A DNA stretch of 64,000 bases from an uncultured SAR86 cluster bacterium (GTDB lineage Bacteria; Pseudomonadota; Gammaproteobacteria; Magnimaribacterales; D2472), in contig CABXXT010000005.1 of the NCBI GenBank assembly GCA_902516285.1, positions 26,064 to 90,063 of the forward strand, read 5' to 3'. Of this stretch, positions 19,743 through 28,091 are shown one piece after another. How positions within the stretch are numbered: the stretch's first letter is position 1; each line of letters opens with the position of its first letter. The translations under genes were made by a program, and so were the position numbers. A model generated the notes under the pieces. It was not told the DNA's origin and did not search any database. It was given only the letters and a program-made list of their open reading frames with translations.

Positions 19743-20613
19743 CTTTAGAAATATATCTTAGAGCTACTTCTTTTGCAGAAGATATTGTTCTAGGTCCAAA
19801 GCCAAGCATTGCCATCCCATCAAGCGCTATAATGTTATTTTGCTTCGAGGCAGGAGTGAAAATTAAAGTTGGATGTTGACCAAGCTTTTCAACAGTTTTA
19901 AAAGAGGATAATCCTCTATTAGAAATAATTATGAAATCTGGACTCGCCTCTATTATTGATTCAGTTGAAACTGGCTTCCAACCCTCAAAAGAATTCATTA
20001 CATTTATACCACCCGTCATTTTAATAAAACCATCAGCTGAAGTGCCTCTTCCACCAACTGTGGGTGAACCACTTTCCATACTCAAGATAAACATTACTTT
20101 TTTTGTGCTTTGATTGCTTTTCACAATGCTATGTAGATCATTTGCCTCATTTCGTAAATCATTTAATACAATATTTTTATCGTAATCTGATATATCTAAT
20201 ATATTTGCTAAACACGAAACTTTATCAATAATGCCATCAGCAGTGTTTTCCTCTGGGATTATTTTTATATCTATTCCTACTCTCGATAGTTGTTCCAAAA
20301 CTGCAGCAGGACCCATATCGTTTTCACCTAAAATTAGTGATGGTGAAAGAGAAAGAACACCTTCAGCAGATAAAGCTCTTACATAGCCAATGGAGGGCAG
20401 TTCTGATGCCTGTTTTGGAAAGTTTGAAGTTATATCGACAGCAACTAGCTTTTCATCTTGTTCAAGGGCATAAATAATTTCTGTAATTGAGCCGCCTGCA
20501 ACAGTAATTCTTGATGCATCCAAAGCTTTATCACAAGCGCTGTTTATACAAGCAGAAAAAAGAATTAGTACGAATAAAAATTTAATTAGTTTATATGATT
20601 TAAATATACTCAT
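19735..20613 (-). CDS. hmuT: periplasmic hemin-binding protein of ABC transporter
   Basis: 292-aa ORF with a signal peptide and a class-8 substrate-binding fold (RITVAGGSITEIIYAL ... PDFIIIS). It is the first gene of the hmuTUV operon, divergent from the receptor. Confidence 0.82.
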   Translation of the reverse strand: MSIFKSYKLIKFLFVLILFSACINSACDKALDASRITVAGGSITEIIYALEQDEKLVAVDITSNFPKQASELPSIGYVRALSAEGVLSLSPSLILGENDMGPAAVLEQLSRVGIDIKIIPEENTADGIIDKVSCLANILDISDYDKNIVLNDLRNEANDLHSIVKSNQSTKKVMFILSMESGSPTVGGRGTSADGFIKMTGGINVMNSFEGWKPVSTESIIEASPDFIIISNRGLSSFKTVEKLGQHPTLIFTPASKQNNIIALDGMAMLGFGPRTISSAKEVALRYISKDE

Positions 20614-20632
20614 AATTGATTTTTTTGTAAAA

Positions 20633-20651
20633 CTAAATGATAATCATTCTC
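20633..20651. promoter_or_regulatory. Fur box in the divergent hmuT / receptor intergenic region
   Basis: CTAAATGATAATCATTCTC matches the 19-bp Fur consensus GATAATGATAATCATTATC at 15/19 positions (hand count). It lies in the 76-bp gap between divergent iron-uptake genes. Confidence 0.7.
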
Positions 20652-20689
20652 ATTCTCATTTAATGTAATAAAAAATACAAGGATAAATT

Positions 20690-22894
20690 ATGAAATATAT
20701 AAAAACAATAATGGTCTTAGGAGTTTTTTTTGCATTTCCTTTTATAAATTCACAAGATAACTCTGATGATATTGAAGAAGTTGTAACTGTTAGTGCAAAA
20801 CAACCAGTGCCAATTGGTGAAGTAGTGGGCTCTGTTGCAGTAATATCTCAAGATGAAATAGAAGCAAGACTTGTTTCTGATGTATCACAACTCTTGGAAA
20901 ACACGATTGGTATAACTGTGCCAAAAGATATCTCATCTGGTAGATCGAGAAATTCTGATGTTGTTATTCGAGGCGTTGGAAATAACAGAGTCAATATATT
21001 TATTGATGGTTTTAGAACTGGTGATGCATATCAAAGTGGTGGATATGGTAAAGATTTGGTTGATACTGAGCTTTTAAAAAGAGTTGAAATTCTTAAAGGC
21101 CCAAGTTCATCTTTGTATGGTTCAGATGGTTTAGCTGGCACAATTGCTTACACCACAAAAGATGCTTCAGATATAGCTGACGAATCTAATCCATACCTTT
21201 CAGCTACATTGAGTTCACAGGATGTGAACAGCCAAGAAAAAGTGACAGTTCTTGGCGCAATGGTCAGAAATAATTTAGAAGCACTTGTTCAATTAAGCAC
21301 AAGAGAAATGAATGAAATGGAGGTTCATGATAGTGCTACTGAAACACTTAACCCTATGGATGGTGAACAAGAGAGTATTTTGGCTAAGCTTAAATTATCA
21401 CTTAATAATGGCTCTTCTATAAATATCACATTCGATAATCAAGAGCTTGATTCAGAATATAACCTTCTTACTGACTTAGGAAGCGGCTTTAGTGCTGCTA
21501 ATATGCAGGTAGAAAATGTTTCCTCTTCATTAGGTTTAGACAATTTAACTAGGGAGAGATTTTCAATTACATATGAATTTTCTGGAAAAAATAGTCTATT
21601 TGATAGTGGAGTAATCAGATCTTTCTCACAAACAACCGATCAGAGAACTACAACTTCAAAAAATAAAGCAATAATGGTTATGCCGGCCTTTGGACCACCT
21701 ATACCATCTTTTGTTCCGACTTCCGAAGCAAGTGATTTTGACTTTAATCAAGAGGTATCAGGTTTCTCGCTAGAAATGATTAAGGTTATTGGAAATCATA
21801 ATATTATTTATGGTGTAGAGAGTGAAACGGCTGAGTATTCAAGAAATAATGACAAAACTGAAGTCAATCTTATTACCGGTGATGTAAATAAAACCCTCGC
21901 AAATACTTTATATCCTCATAAGCGTTTTCCAGATAGTGAGGTCACTCGAGAAGCAATTTTTATCAATGATAGGATTTATTTAAATGATAAAACCACAGCT
22001 GTTCTTGGAGCTCGCTATGACTCTTATGATCAAAAAGCAAAAACAGATGCTCTTCATGCAAGAAATAATATTTTTGGACACGAAGTCAAGCCAAGAAGTG
22101 ATAGTCAAGCGTCTATGAAAGTTGGCTTAATAAGAGATATTTCTGGAGATATGTCTTTGTTTTTGCAATATGCAGAAGGTTATAGAAATCCAAACTTTGA
22201 TGAGGCATACAACACGTATACGAACTTAGCACAGATGTATACGATAATTCCTAATCCAAATATTACCGCTGAAACAAGTGAGGGTTTTGAGATTGGGTTA
22301 AGAGGTTCTTTAACCAATACTTCATGGTCATTAGCTTATTACAAAAATGACTATAAAGATTTTATTGCATATGAATATCTCTTCCCACCAATTCAAGGAG
22401 TTCTTCAAGTGCAGTATCAAAACTTAGGATCTGTTGAGACAAATGGAATTGAATTTGAGTCAAAAACAGTATTCAATGACAGTTTTTCAGCTTCATTTGG
22501 TGTAAGTTTAAATGAGGGCAGAGAGGATGATGGCTATTTAGAATCCTTATCACCTGACCACGCTAAAATTTCACTATCATGGATATCTGATAGCGGTAGA
22601 TTAAGTTGGAATACTATCTCAACATTAATGAAATCAAGTCGTTCTATTTTAAGTCCTGTTTGTGACAGAAGCGGTGTATGTTCTCCAGCTCAAGAAACAG
22701 CAGGAAGAGTAACGTTGGATACATATTTAAACTTCGATTTAACTGAAAAAGTAAATATTAAGTTTGGTGTAAGAAATCTAACAGACATTAAATATTGGGA
22801 TTATCCAACAATTACTGGACAAGCAGCTGGAACTGCAGATGAGTACTTAATGCCAGGAAGAAATATTAGTTTTTCAATACGATACAGCTTGTAA
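20690..22894 (+). CDS. TonB-dependent outer-membrane receptor, probably heme/hemoprotein
   Basis: 734-aa ORF with a signal peptide, a plug domain (VVIRGVG...RVNIFIDG, RVEILKGPSSSLYGSDGLAGTI) and a C-terminal aromatic residue. It has FRAP/NPNL-like boxes (GYRNPNF ... IIPNPNITAETSEG) and is divergent from hmuTUV. Confidence 0.85.
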   Translation: MKYIKTIMVLGVFFAFPFINSQDNSDDIEEVVTVSAKQPVPIGEVVGSVAVISQDEIEARLVSDVSQLLENTIGITVPKDISSGRSRNSDVVIRGVGNNRVNIFIDGFRTGDAYQSGGYGKDLVDTELLKRVEILKGPSSSLYGSDGLAGTIAYTTKDASDIADESNPYLSATLSSQDVNSQEKVTVLGAMVRNNLEALVQLSTREMNEMEVHDSATETLNPMDGEQESILAKLKLSLNNGSSINITFDNQELDSEYNLLTDLGSGFSAANMQVENVSSSLGLDNLTRERFSITYEFSGKNSLFDSGVIRSFSQTTDQRTTTSKNKAIMVMPAFGPPIPSFVPTSEASDFDFNQEVSGFSLEMIKVIGNHNIIYGVESETAEYSRNNDKTEVNLITGDVNKTLANTLYPHKRFPDSEVTREAIFINDRIYLNDKTTAVLGARYDSYDQKAKTDALHARNNIFGHEVKPRSDSQASMKVGLIRDISGDMSLFLQYAEGYRNPNFDEAYNTYTNLAQMYTIIPNPNITAETSEGFEIGLRGSLTNTSWSLAYYKNDYKDFIAYEYLFPPIQGVLQVQYQNLGSVETNGIEFESKTVFNDSFSASFGVSLNEGREDDGYLESLSPDHAKISLSWISDSGRLSWNTISTLMKSSRSILSPVCDRSGVCSPAQETAGRVTLDTYLNFDLTEKVNIKFGVRNLTDIKYWDYPTITGQAAGTADEYLMPGRNISFSIRYSL

Positions 22895-22905
22895 AATAAC
22901 TCAAG

Positions 22906-22949
22906 AAAAAGGTTAGTTTTGAGGCAAAAAACTAACCTTTTTTCTTTTT
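22906..22949 (+). terminator. rho-independent terminator after the heme receptor gene
   Basis: AAAAAGGTTAGTTTT-GAGGC-AAAAACTAACCTTTTT hairpin followed by a T-run. Confidence 0.75.
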
Positions 22950-23179
22950 CCACTGATCTTGACTTGATGCTCGATAAATAGTGTAGAAGGATGCCTTATG
23001 TTTATCTATTAGATCATCAAGGGTTCGCATAACATTTTGATCCTTGTCATTAGTAAAGCCATGAACATACTAATTACGGATGATTTCTTTGATATCAGGT
23101 TTATGAGTGTTCCTCAGAAAGTCTATTCAGTAGAATGAACTTAATAATTACCTGATTGCGTAATTTATAGATTTACAAA

Positions 23180-23653
23180 TTATTTTGTATTTACTTCAGC
23201 GTAAACTTTACTAGAACCATCTTTAAAAAGAATTAAAACATCATACGGCATTAATCGATCACCAACTTCCATGCCTGGAGAACCCATTGGCATTCCAGGA
23301 ACAGATAGTCCGATAGCATCAGTATGCTTCTCAGAAAGGAACTGCTCTACATATTTGCTAGGAATATGTCCCTCAAAAACAAAGCCATCTGAAGATACTG
23401 TTGTATGGCATGATCTATATTTAGGTAGAATACCAAAATCTTTTTTAACATCCTCTAAATTTTCATAATCTTTTGATGAAACATTAAACCCATGATTTTC
23501 AGCATGCTTCATCCACTGCTTGCAACATCCACATGTTGAAGTTTTATGAACCATTAGATCCTCATTTTTGACGTCAATTTGAGATATTAAATGAGACGAA
23601 AAAATGAATGGACCTATTAAAAAAAAGTAAAAACTTAAAGATTTTATATTCAT
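23180..23653 (-). CDS. DUF411 (CopG-like) periplasmic metal-binding protein
   Basis: 157-aa ORF with a signal peptide and DUF411 hallmarks (STCGCCKQW, YRSCHTT, FEGHIP, GLSVPGMPMGSPGME). Confidence 0.75.
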   Translation of the reverse strand: MNIKSLSFYFFLIGPFIFSSHLISQIDVKNEDLMVHKTSTCGCCKQWMKHAENHGFNVSSKDYENLEDVKKDFGILPKYRSCHTTVSSDGFVFEGHIPSKYVEQFLSEKHTDAIGLSVPGMPMGSPGMEVGDRLMPYDVLILFKDGSSKVYAEVNTK

Positions 23654-23714
23654 GTTGGTATTTTATGATTATTTGTAAAAAAATACAGAGTTTATTAGCA
23701 AGAATTAAATTTGG

Positions 23715-24245
23715 CTATCTTCTAGTTGTGTTGGCAATCTCTTCAAATGATAAATCTTTATATATAAAAGTTTGCTTTTCTAAGAGCACTCCGTACTTTT
23801 CATTCCAATCATAATGAATTCCCAATTCATTATTTTTTGGAGGTATTATAGTGATTCTTACATTATAAAGATCACTAATTTTACCTGGTAACTTTATATT
23901 TTGTGCATAATGAAAATTGTCAGAAATATTTAGATGTGGAGTGAGTTCAGTATTTAAAAGCTCTCCTTTAGAATTTTGAATCTCTGCATACACTTTTAAG
24001 TATGGAATAAAGCCACCAATAGGTGATCCAGTTGAAGTTCTAGATGCCCAATTGATTAGCATTTCGATATGAATATCTGTCTCGTCTTCATTTAAAAAAT
24101 ATTTTCTTGGAAAAATATTATCTTTAGGAGCAGCCTCAAAGACAATATCAATTCCATTTGCAATATTCTCTTTACCAAAAATCATTTCGCTAGTGATGGA
24201 GTTACTAGACATAAAAAAGAAAATTAGAAAATATAATTTTTTCAT
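23715..24245 (-). CDS. P19/FetP/Tp34-type periplasmic iron(/copper)-binding protein
   Basis: 176-aa ORF with a signal peptide, collinear by eye with Campylobacter P19 (DIHIE.LI, GGFIPYLKVYAEIQN, FHYAQNI, LGIHYD). Not all P19 Cu ligands look conserved. Confidence 0.6.
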   Translation of the reverse strand: MKKLYFLIFFFMSSNSITSEMIFGKENIANGIDIVFEAAPKDNIFPRKYFLNEDETDIHIEMLINWASRTSTGSPIGGFIPYLKVYAEIQNSKGELLNTELTPHLNISDNFHYAQNIKLPGKISDLYNVRITIIPPKNNELGIHYDWNEKYGVLLEKQTFIYKDLSFEEIANTTRR

Positions 24246-24331
24246 AATTGAATCTTAACAAGATTTTGATTTACAACAATAAAAACTGATGATAAATTTA
24301 ATACATAGTCATAATTTTCGGGGAGGTCTAT

Positions 24332-25636
24332 ATGACAAGTCCAAATCACCCAAGTGTTGATCAAGGGGATAGAGTAGTACCAGTTAATCTCAGACAAAGT
24401 GGTCGAACACCAACAGAATTACTAATTTCAACAAGAGTAAGAAAATCTCCATTCTGGCATCTTTCTCATGAAGCAGGTTGCTGGAGGGCGACAGTATATA
24501 ACCGTATATATCATCCAAGAGGATATGTGAAACCAGAAGATGGTGGAGCTATGGTTGAATATGAAGCGTTGGTAAATAGAGTAACAATGTGGAATGTGGC
24601 TGTTGAGAGGCAAATAAGAGTCAAAGGTCCAGACGCAGAAGCGTTTACCGATTTTGTGATCACAAGAGATGCTACAAAAATTGTTCCTGGTAATGGTAAA
24701 TATGCGATCTTATGCAACGATAAGGGCGGGATTCTAAATGATCCTGTGTTATTAAGATTATCTGAGGACGAATTTTGGTTTTCAATTTCAGACAGTGATT
24801 TATTATTCTGGCTTCAAGGAGTAAATGTTACAAAAAAATATGATGTTGTAATTGATGAAATTGATGCATGTCCTGTTCAAATTCAAGGACCTTTATCTGA
24901 AGATTTAATGGCAAAACTAGCCGGAGAGGAATTAAGAGAAATTCCATACTATGGTCTAATGGAAACAAAGATTGGTGGAGCTGATTGTGTTATTAGTCAA
25001 ACTGGTTTCACTGGTGAAAAAGGCTATGAAATCTATGTCAGAAATGCACATGATAATGCTGAGAAAATGTGGAATGCAGTTCTTGAGGCAGGTGAAGAAT
25101 TTGGATTAATGGTGATTGCTCCTGCTCATCATAGAAGAATTGCTGCGGGAATATTATCATGGGGCCAAGATTTAGATCATGAGACATCTCCATTTCAGGT
25201 AAATTTGAGTTATCAAGTTCCTAGAAATAAAAAAGCTGACTATATTGGAAAAGAAGAGCTTGAAAGGCAAAGAGCAATTATTGATGAGGGTAAAGAACCT
25301 TTTAAAATGAAAATGGTTGGCATAACTCTTGGTGGAAAAGAAATCACAGATTATGCTCCAGACTTTTGGTTGGTTACTGATACAGATGGAAACGAAACAG
25401 GTTATGTTACTTCACCATGGTGGTCACCTGAATTAGAGACAAATATAGCACTAGCATGGGTTCCCTGGTCATCTTCAGAAGTCGGTACTAAACTTATGGT
25501 GAAACTTCCTGACGAGTATTCAGAGTCACCTGGGGTACCAGTCAATGCTGAGATCGTCGAAGTCCCATTTAGAGAATCTGTAAATCCTAATAAAAGAGAA
25601 GTTCAAGCAGCAAAAGGTTTAGACTTCGCAGACTAA
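24332..25636 (+). CDS. GcvT-fold aminomethyltransferase, DmdA-like (THF-dependent demethylase family)
   Basis: 434-aa ORF with a strong RBS (GGGGAGG). It is collinear by eye with DMSP demethylase DmdA (RVRKSPFW, MWNVAVERQIRVKGPDA, GGILNDPVLLRLSEDEFWFSISDSDLL, PVQIQGP, SQTGFTGEKGYEIYV). The substrate is not determinable from sequence. Confidence 0.65.
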   Translation: MTSPNHPSVDQGDRVVPVNLRQSGRTPTELLISTRVRKSPFWHLSHEAGCWRATVYNRIYHPRGYVKPEDGGAMVEYEALVNRVTMWNVAVERQIRVKGPDAEAFTDFVITRDATKIVPGNGKYAILCNDKGGILNDPVLLRLSEDEFWFSISDSDLLFWLQGVNVTKKYDVVIDEIDACPVQIQGPLSEDLMAKLAGEELREIPYYGLMETKIGGADCVISQTGFTGEKGYEIYVRNAHDNAEKMWNAVLEAGEEFGLMVIAPAHHRRIAAGILSWGQDLDHETSPFQVNLSYQVPRNKKADYIGKEELERQRAIIDEGKEPFKMKMVGITLGGKEITDYAPDFWLVTDTDGNETGYVTSPWWSPELETNIALAWVPWSSSEVGTKLMVKLPDEYSESPGVPVNAEIVEVPFRESVNPNKREVQAAKGLDFAD

Positions 25637-25647
25637 ATATAAATTTA

Positions 25648-25691
25648 CAGCAAAACATTAAAAGACTTATTATAAGTTTTGCTGCATTTTT
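25648..25691 (+). terminator. candidate rho-independent terminator/attenuator between the DmdA-like and BHMT-like genes
   Basis: A 9-bp stem CAGCAAAAC/GTTTTGCTG with a 19-nt loop, followed by CATTTTT. Confidence 0.45.
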
Positions 25692-25753
25692 CAATTTACA
25701 TTACAAATTAAATATCGTTTAATTTAATTAAAATTTGTAGCTCACTAAAATTT

Positions 25754-26782
25754 ATGAAAAAAAGCTTAATCGAAAGATTAGATCAAGGACCTGTTATTTG
25801 TGCAGAAGGATTTTTATTTGAGCTAGAAAAGCGTGGATATATGTCTGCAGGCGAATTTGCACCAATGGTAGCTTTGGAAAATCCAAATGCGCTTGAAAAT
25901 TTGCATAGAGATTTTCAACACGCAGGATCAGATATTGTTTTGGCATTTACTTATAATGGCCATAGAGAAAAATTACGAGAAATAGGCAAGGAAAACCTTT
26001 TAGAACCCCTCAATAGATCTGCGCTTCAAATTGCAAAAAAGGTTGCAAATAATCCAATTAATGGCAGCGATATAAATTTATTGGCAGGCAATATTTCACA
26101 TTCAAATATTTGGAAGCAGGATGATCATGAATCACAGCTTAAAGCCGAGAAGATGTTTTCCGAAATGGTTGGATGGGCTGTTGAAGAAGGTGCAGATATG
26201 ATTATGGGAGAAACATTTTTTTATGCTGAAGAAGCTTTTAAGGCTCTTGAGGTAATTCAACAATCTGGACTACCTTCTGTCATAAATATTGCTCCTATGG
26301 CGGAAGACTATATGCAAGACGGATATTCTATTATTGATACTTGTAAAGAGCTTGAGCAAAGAGGTGCGAATGTTGTTGGAATGAATTGTTTTAGGGGCCC
26401 GGCAACTATGATGCCTTATTTAAGAAAAATCAGGAAACAGATCACTTGCCATATGTCTGCATTACCCCTTGCATTTAGAACGACTGAAGAAAATCCAACC
26501 TATTTTAATCTACCAGATACCAACAGATGTGCATGTCCAGCACCAGGCGGAAAAACTTTTCCTACTGCTCTCGATCCAATGTATTGCAACAGATATGAAA
26601 TGAGAGAGTTCTTTAAAGAAGCTCACGAAATGGGTATTAATTTTCTTGGGGTTTGTTGTGGTGCAACTCCAATGCATCAAAGAGAAGCCGCTGAAGCAGC
26701 TGGACTTATTGTTCCAGCAAGCAAGTATAGAGAGATAGAAATGCAAAGCGAAATAGCCAATCATCCCATGTATGATAATTAA
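25754..26782 (+). CDS. betaine--homocysteine S-methyltransferase-like (Hcy S-methyltransferase domain) enzyme
   Basis: 342-aa ORF collinear by eye with animal BHMT (LIERLDQGPVICAEGFLFELEKRGY, LHRDFQHAGSDIV). The Zn-ligand cysteines are in place (GMNCF; GVCCGATP). Confidence 0.75.
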   Translation: MKKSLIERLDQGPVICAEGFLFELEKRGYMSAGEFAPMVALENPNALENLHRDFQHAGSDIVLAFTYNGHREKLREIGKENLLEPLNRSALQIAKKVANNPINGSDINLLAGNISHSNIWKQDDHESQLKAEKMFSEMVGWAVEEGADMIMGETFFYAEEAFKALEVIQQSGLPSVINIAPMAEDYMQDGYSIIDTCKELEQRGANVVGMNCFRGPATMMPYLRKIRKQITCHMSALPLAFRTTEENPTYFNLPDTNRCACPAPGGKTFPTALDPMYCNRYEMREFFKEAHEMGINFLGVCCGATPMHQREAAEAAGLIVPASKYREIEMQSEIANHPMYDN

Positions 26783-28070
26783 AGAAGACAAGCTACAAAA
26801 TGTTTTCTCATTATTCGTTGAAATAGAATCTTATAAAAATTTTAATAAATTAGAAAATGAATTTGAAGAGTTTCAAAGTCTAATTACTTCTGCTGATTTA
26901 GTAATTGTTGATAAGCTCTTACATAAGCAAAAAACACCTGTTATCAATACATTTATCTCAAAAGGAAAGCTAGAAGAAATTAAGAATATAATTAAGGATC
27001 AAGATATAGATTTATTAATAATAAATCATCAACTTTCAGCATCACAAAATAGAAATTTAGAAATTTTCTTTAATGTAAGGGTCATAGATAAAACTGAACT
27101 GATACTTGATATTTTTGCATCAAGAGCATCGTCATATGTAGGAAAACTTCAAGTTGAATTAGCTCAACTAAAACATTTATCAACAAGGCTTATAAGAGGC
27201 TGGACTCATCTTGAAAGACAAAAAGGTGGAATTGGATTAAGAGGTCCGGGTGAGACTCAGCTCGAAACCGATAGAAGACTTATTGGTAAAAGAATCAAAA
27301 GATTAAATGAGAGGCTTGATAAATCACATAAACAAAGAAAAATTAATAGGTATGCTCGCAAAAAAAGTAGGAACAAATTAGTAGCGCTTGTTGGTTATAC
27401 TAATGCTGGTAAAACAACCTTGTTTAATAAATTAACTGAAAGTAAACAAGTTGCTGAGAATAGACTATTTGCGACATTAGACTCTGTAACAAGAAAAAAT
27501 AAAAACCCAAAATATGGGCCTATATTATTTTCAGATACAGTTGGTTTTATTTCAGATTTACCAACTCAACTGATTGAGTCTTTTAAGGCAACATTAGATG
27601 AGCTTAAATCAGCTGATTTATTACTACATGTGGTAGATGTATCAGATCCAGATTACAAGGCAAAAATTAATGAGGTAAATAGTATTCTTCAAGACTTAAA
27701 CTTGATAGATATTCCCCAAGTTACTATTAACAACAAATGTGACCTTTTACCTTCATCTAAAATTGATATTTATAAAACAAGAAAAGAAGATGAGATTTTT
27801 ATTTCTGCTGAAAACGATGATGGATTTGAAGAGCTAAGATCTCGAATAAATAATGAATTATTCCAAGGAATATATCGAGGATGGATCTCAATGGATAATA
27901 ATCTAGGAAATATACGATCAAAATTATTTGATATGGGATGTATTCAGGAAGAGAGCATTTCAGATTGTGGAAAAATGCTTGCGAACATAAAAATTGGTAA
28001 TGATGAATTAGATCAATTTGTTAACATTAAAGGATTCAAACTTTGGCATGATAAAGATATACTTCAATAA
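26772..28070 (+). CDS. hflX: GTPase HflX
   Basis: 432-aa ORF with GKLQVELAQLKHLSTRLIRGWTHLERQKGGIGLRGPGETQLETDRR, G1 GYTNAGKTTLFN and G3 DTVGF. The start overlaps the upstream gene by 11 nt. Confidence 0.93.
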   Translation: MIIKEDKLQNVFSLFVEIESYKNFNKLENEFEEFQSLITSADLVIVDKLLHKQKTPVINTFISKGKLEEIKNIIKDQDIDLLIINHQLSASQNRNLEIFFNVRVIDKTELILDIFASRASSYVGKLQVELAQLKHLSTRLIRGWTHLERQKGGIGLRGPGETQLETDRRLIGKRIKRLNERLDKSHKQRKINRYARKKSRNKLVALVGYTNAGKTTLFNKLTESKQVAENRLFATLDSVTRKNKNPKYGPILFSDTVGFISDLPTQLIESFKATLDELKSADLLLHVVDVSDPDYKAKINEVNSILQDLNLIDIPQVTINNKCDLLPSSKIDIYKTRKEDEIFISAENDDGFEELRSRINNELFQGIYRGWISMDNNLGNIRSKLFDMGCIQEESISDCGKMLANIKIGNDELDQFVNIKGFKLWHDKDILQ

Positions 28071-28091
28071 TAATAATTATCAAATACATAA

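Noticed and set aside
23608-23814. 68-aa plus-strand ORF spanning the DUF411 / P19-like intergenic gap
   Set aside because: It overlaps the 5' end of the DUF411 gene and the 3' end of the P19-like gene in antisense. It has no motif or RBS and is most likely spurious.
24288-24306. Possible Fur box (…CTGATGATAAATTTAATA…) in the P19-like / DmdA-like divergent intergenic region
   Set aside because: It matches the Fur consensus at only about 11/19 positions by hand count. That is not distinguishable from background in such AT-rich DNA.
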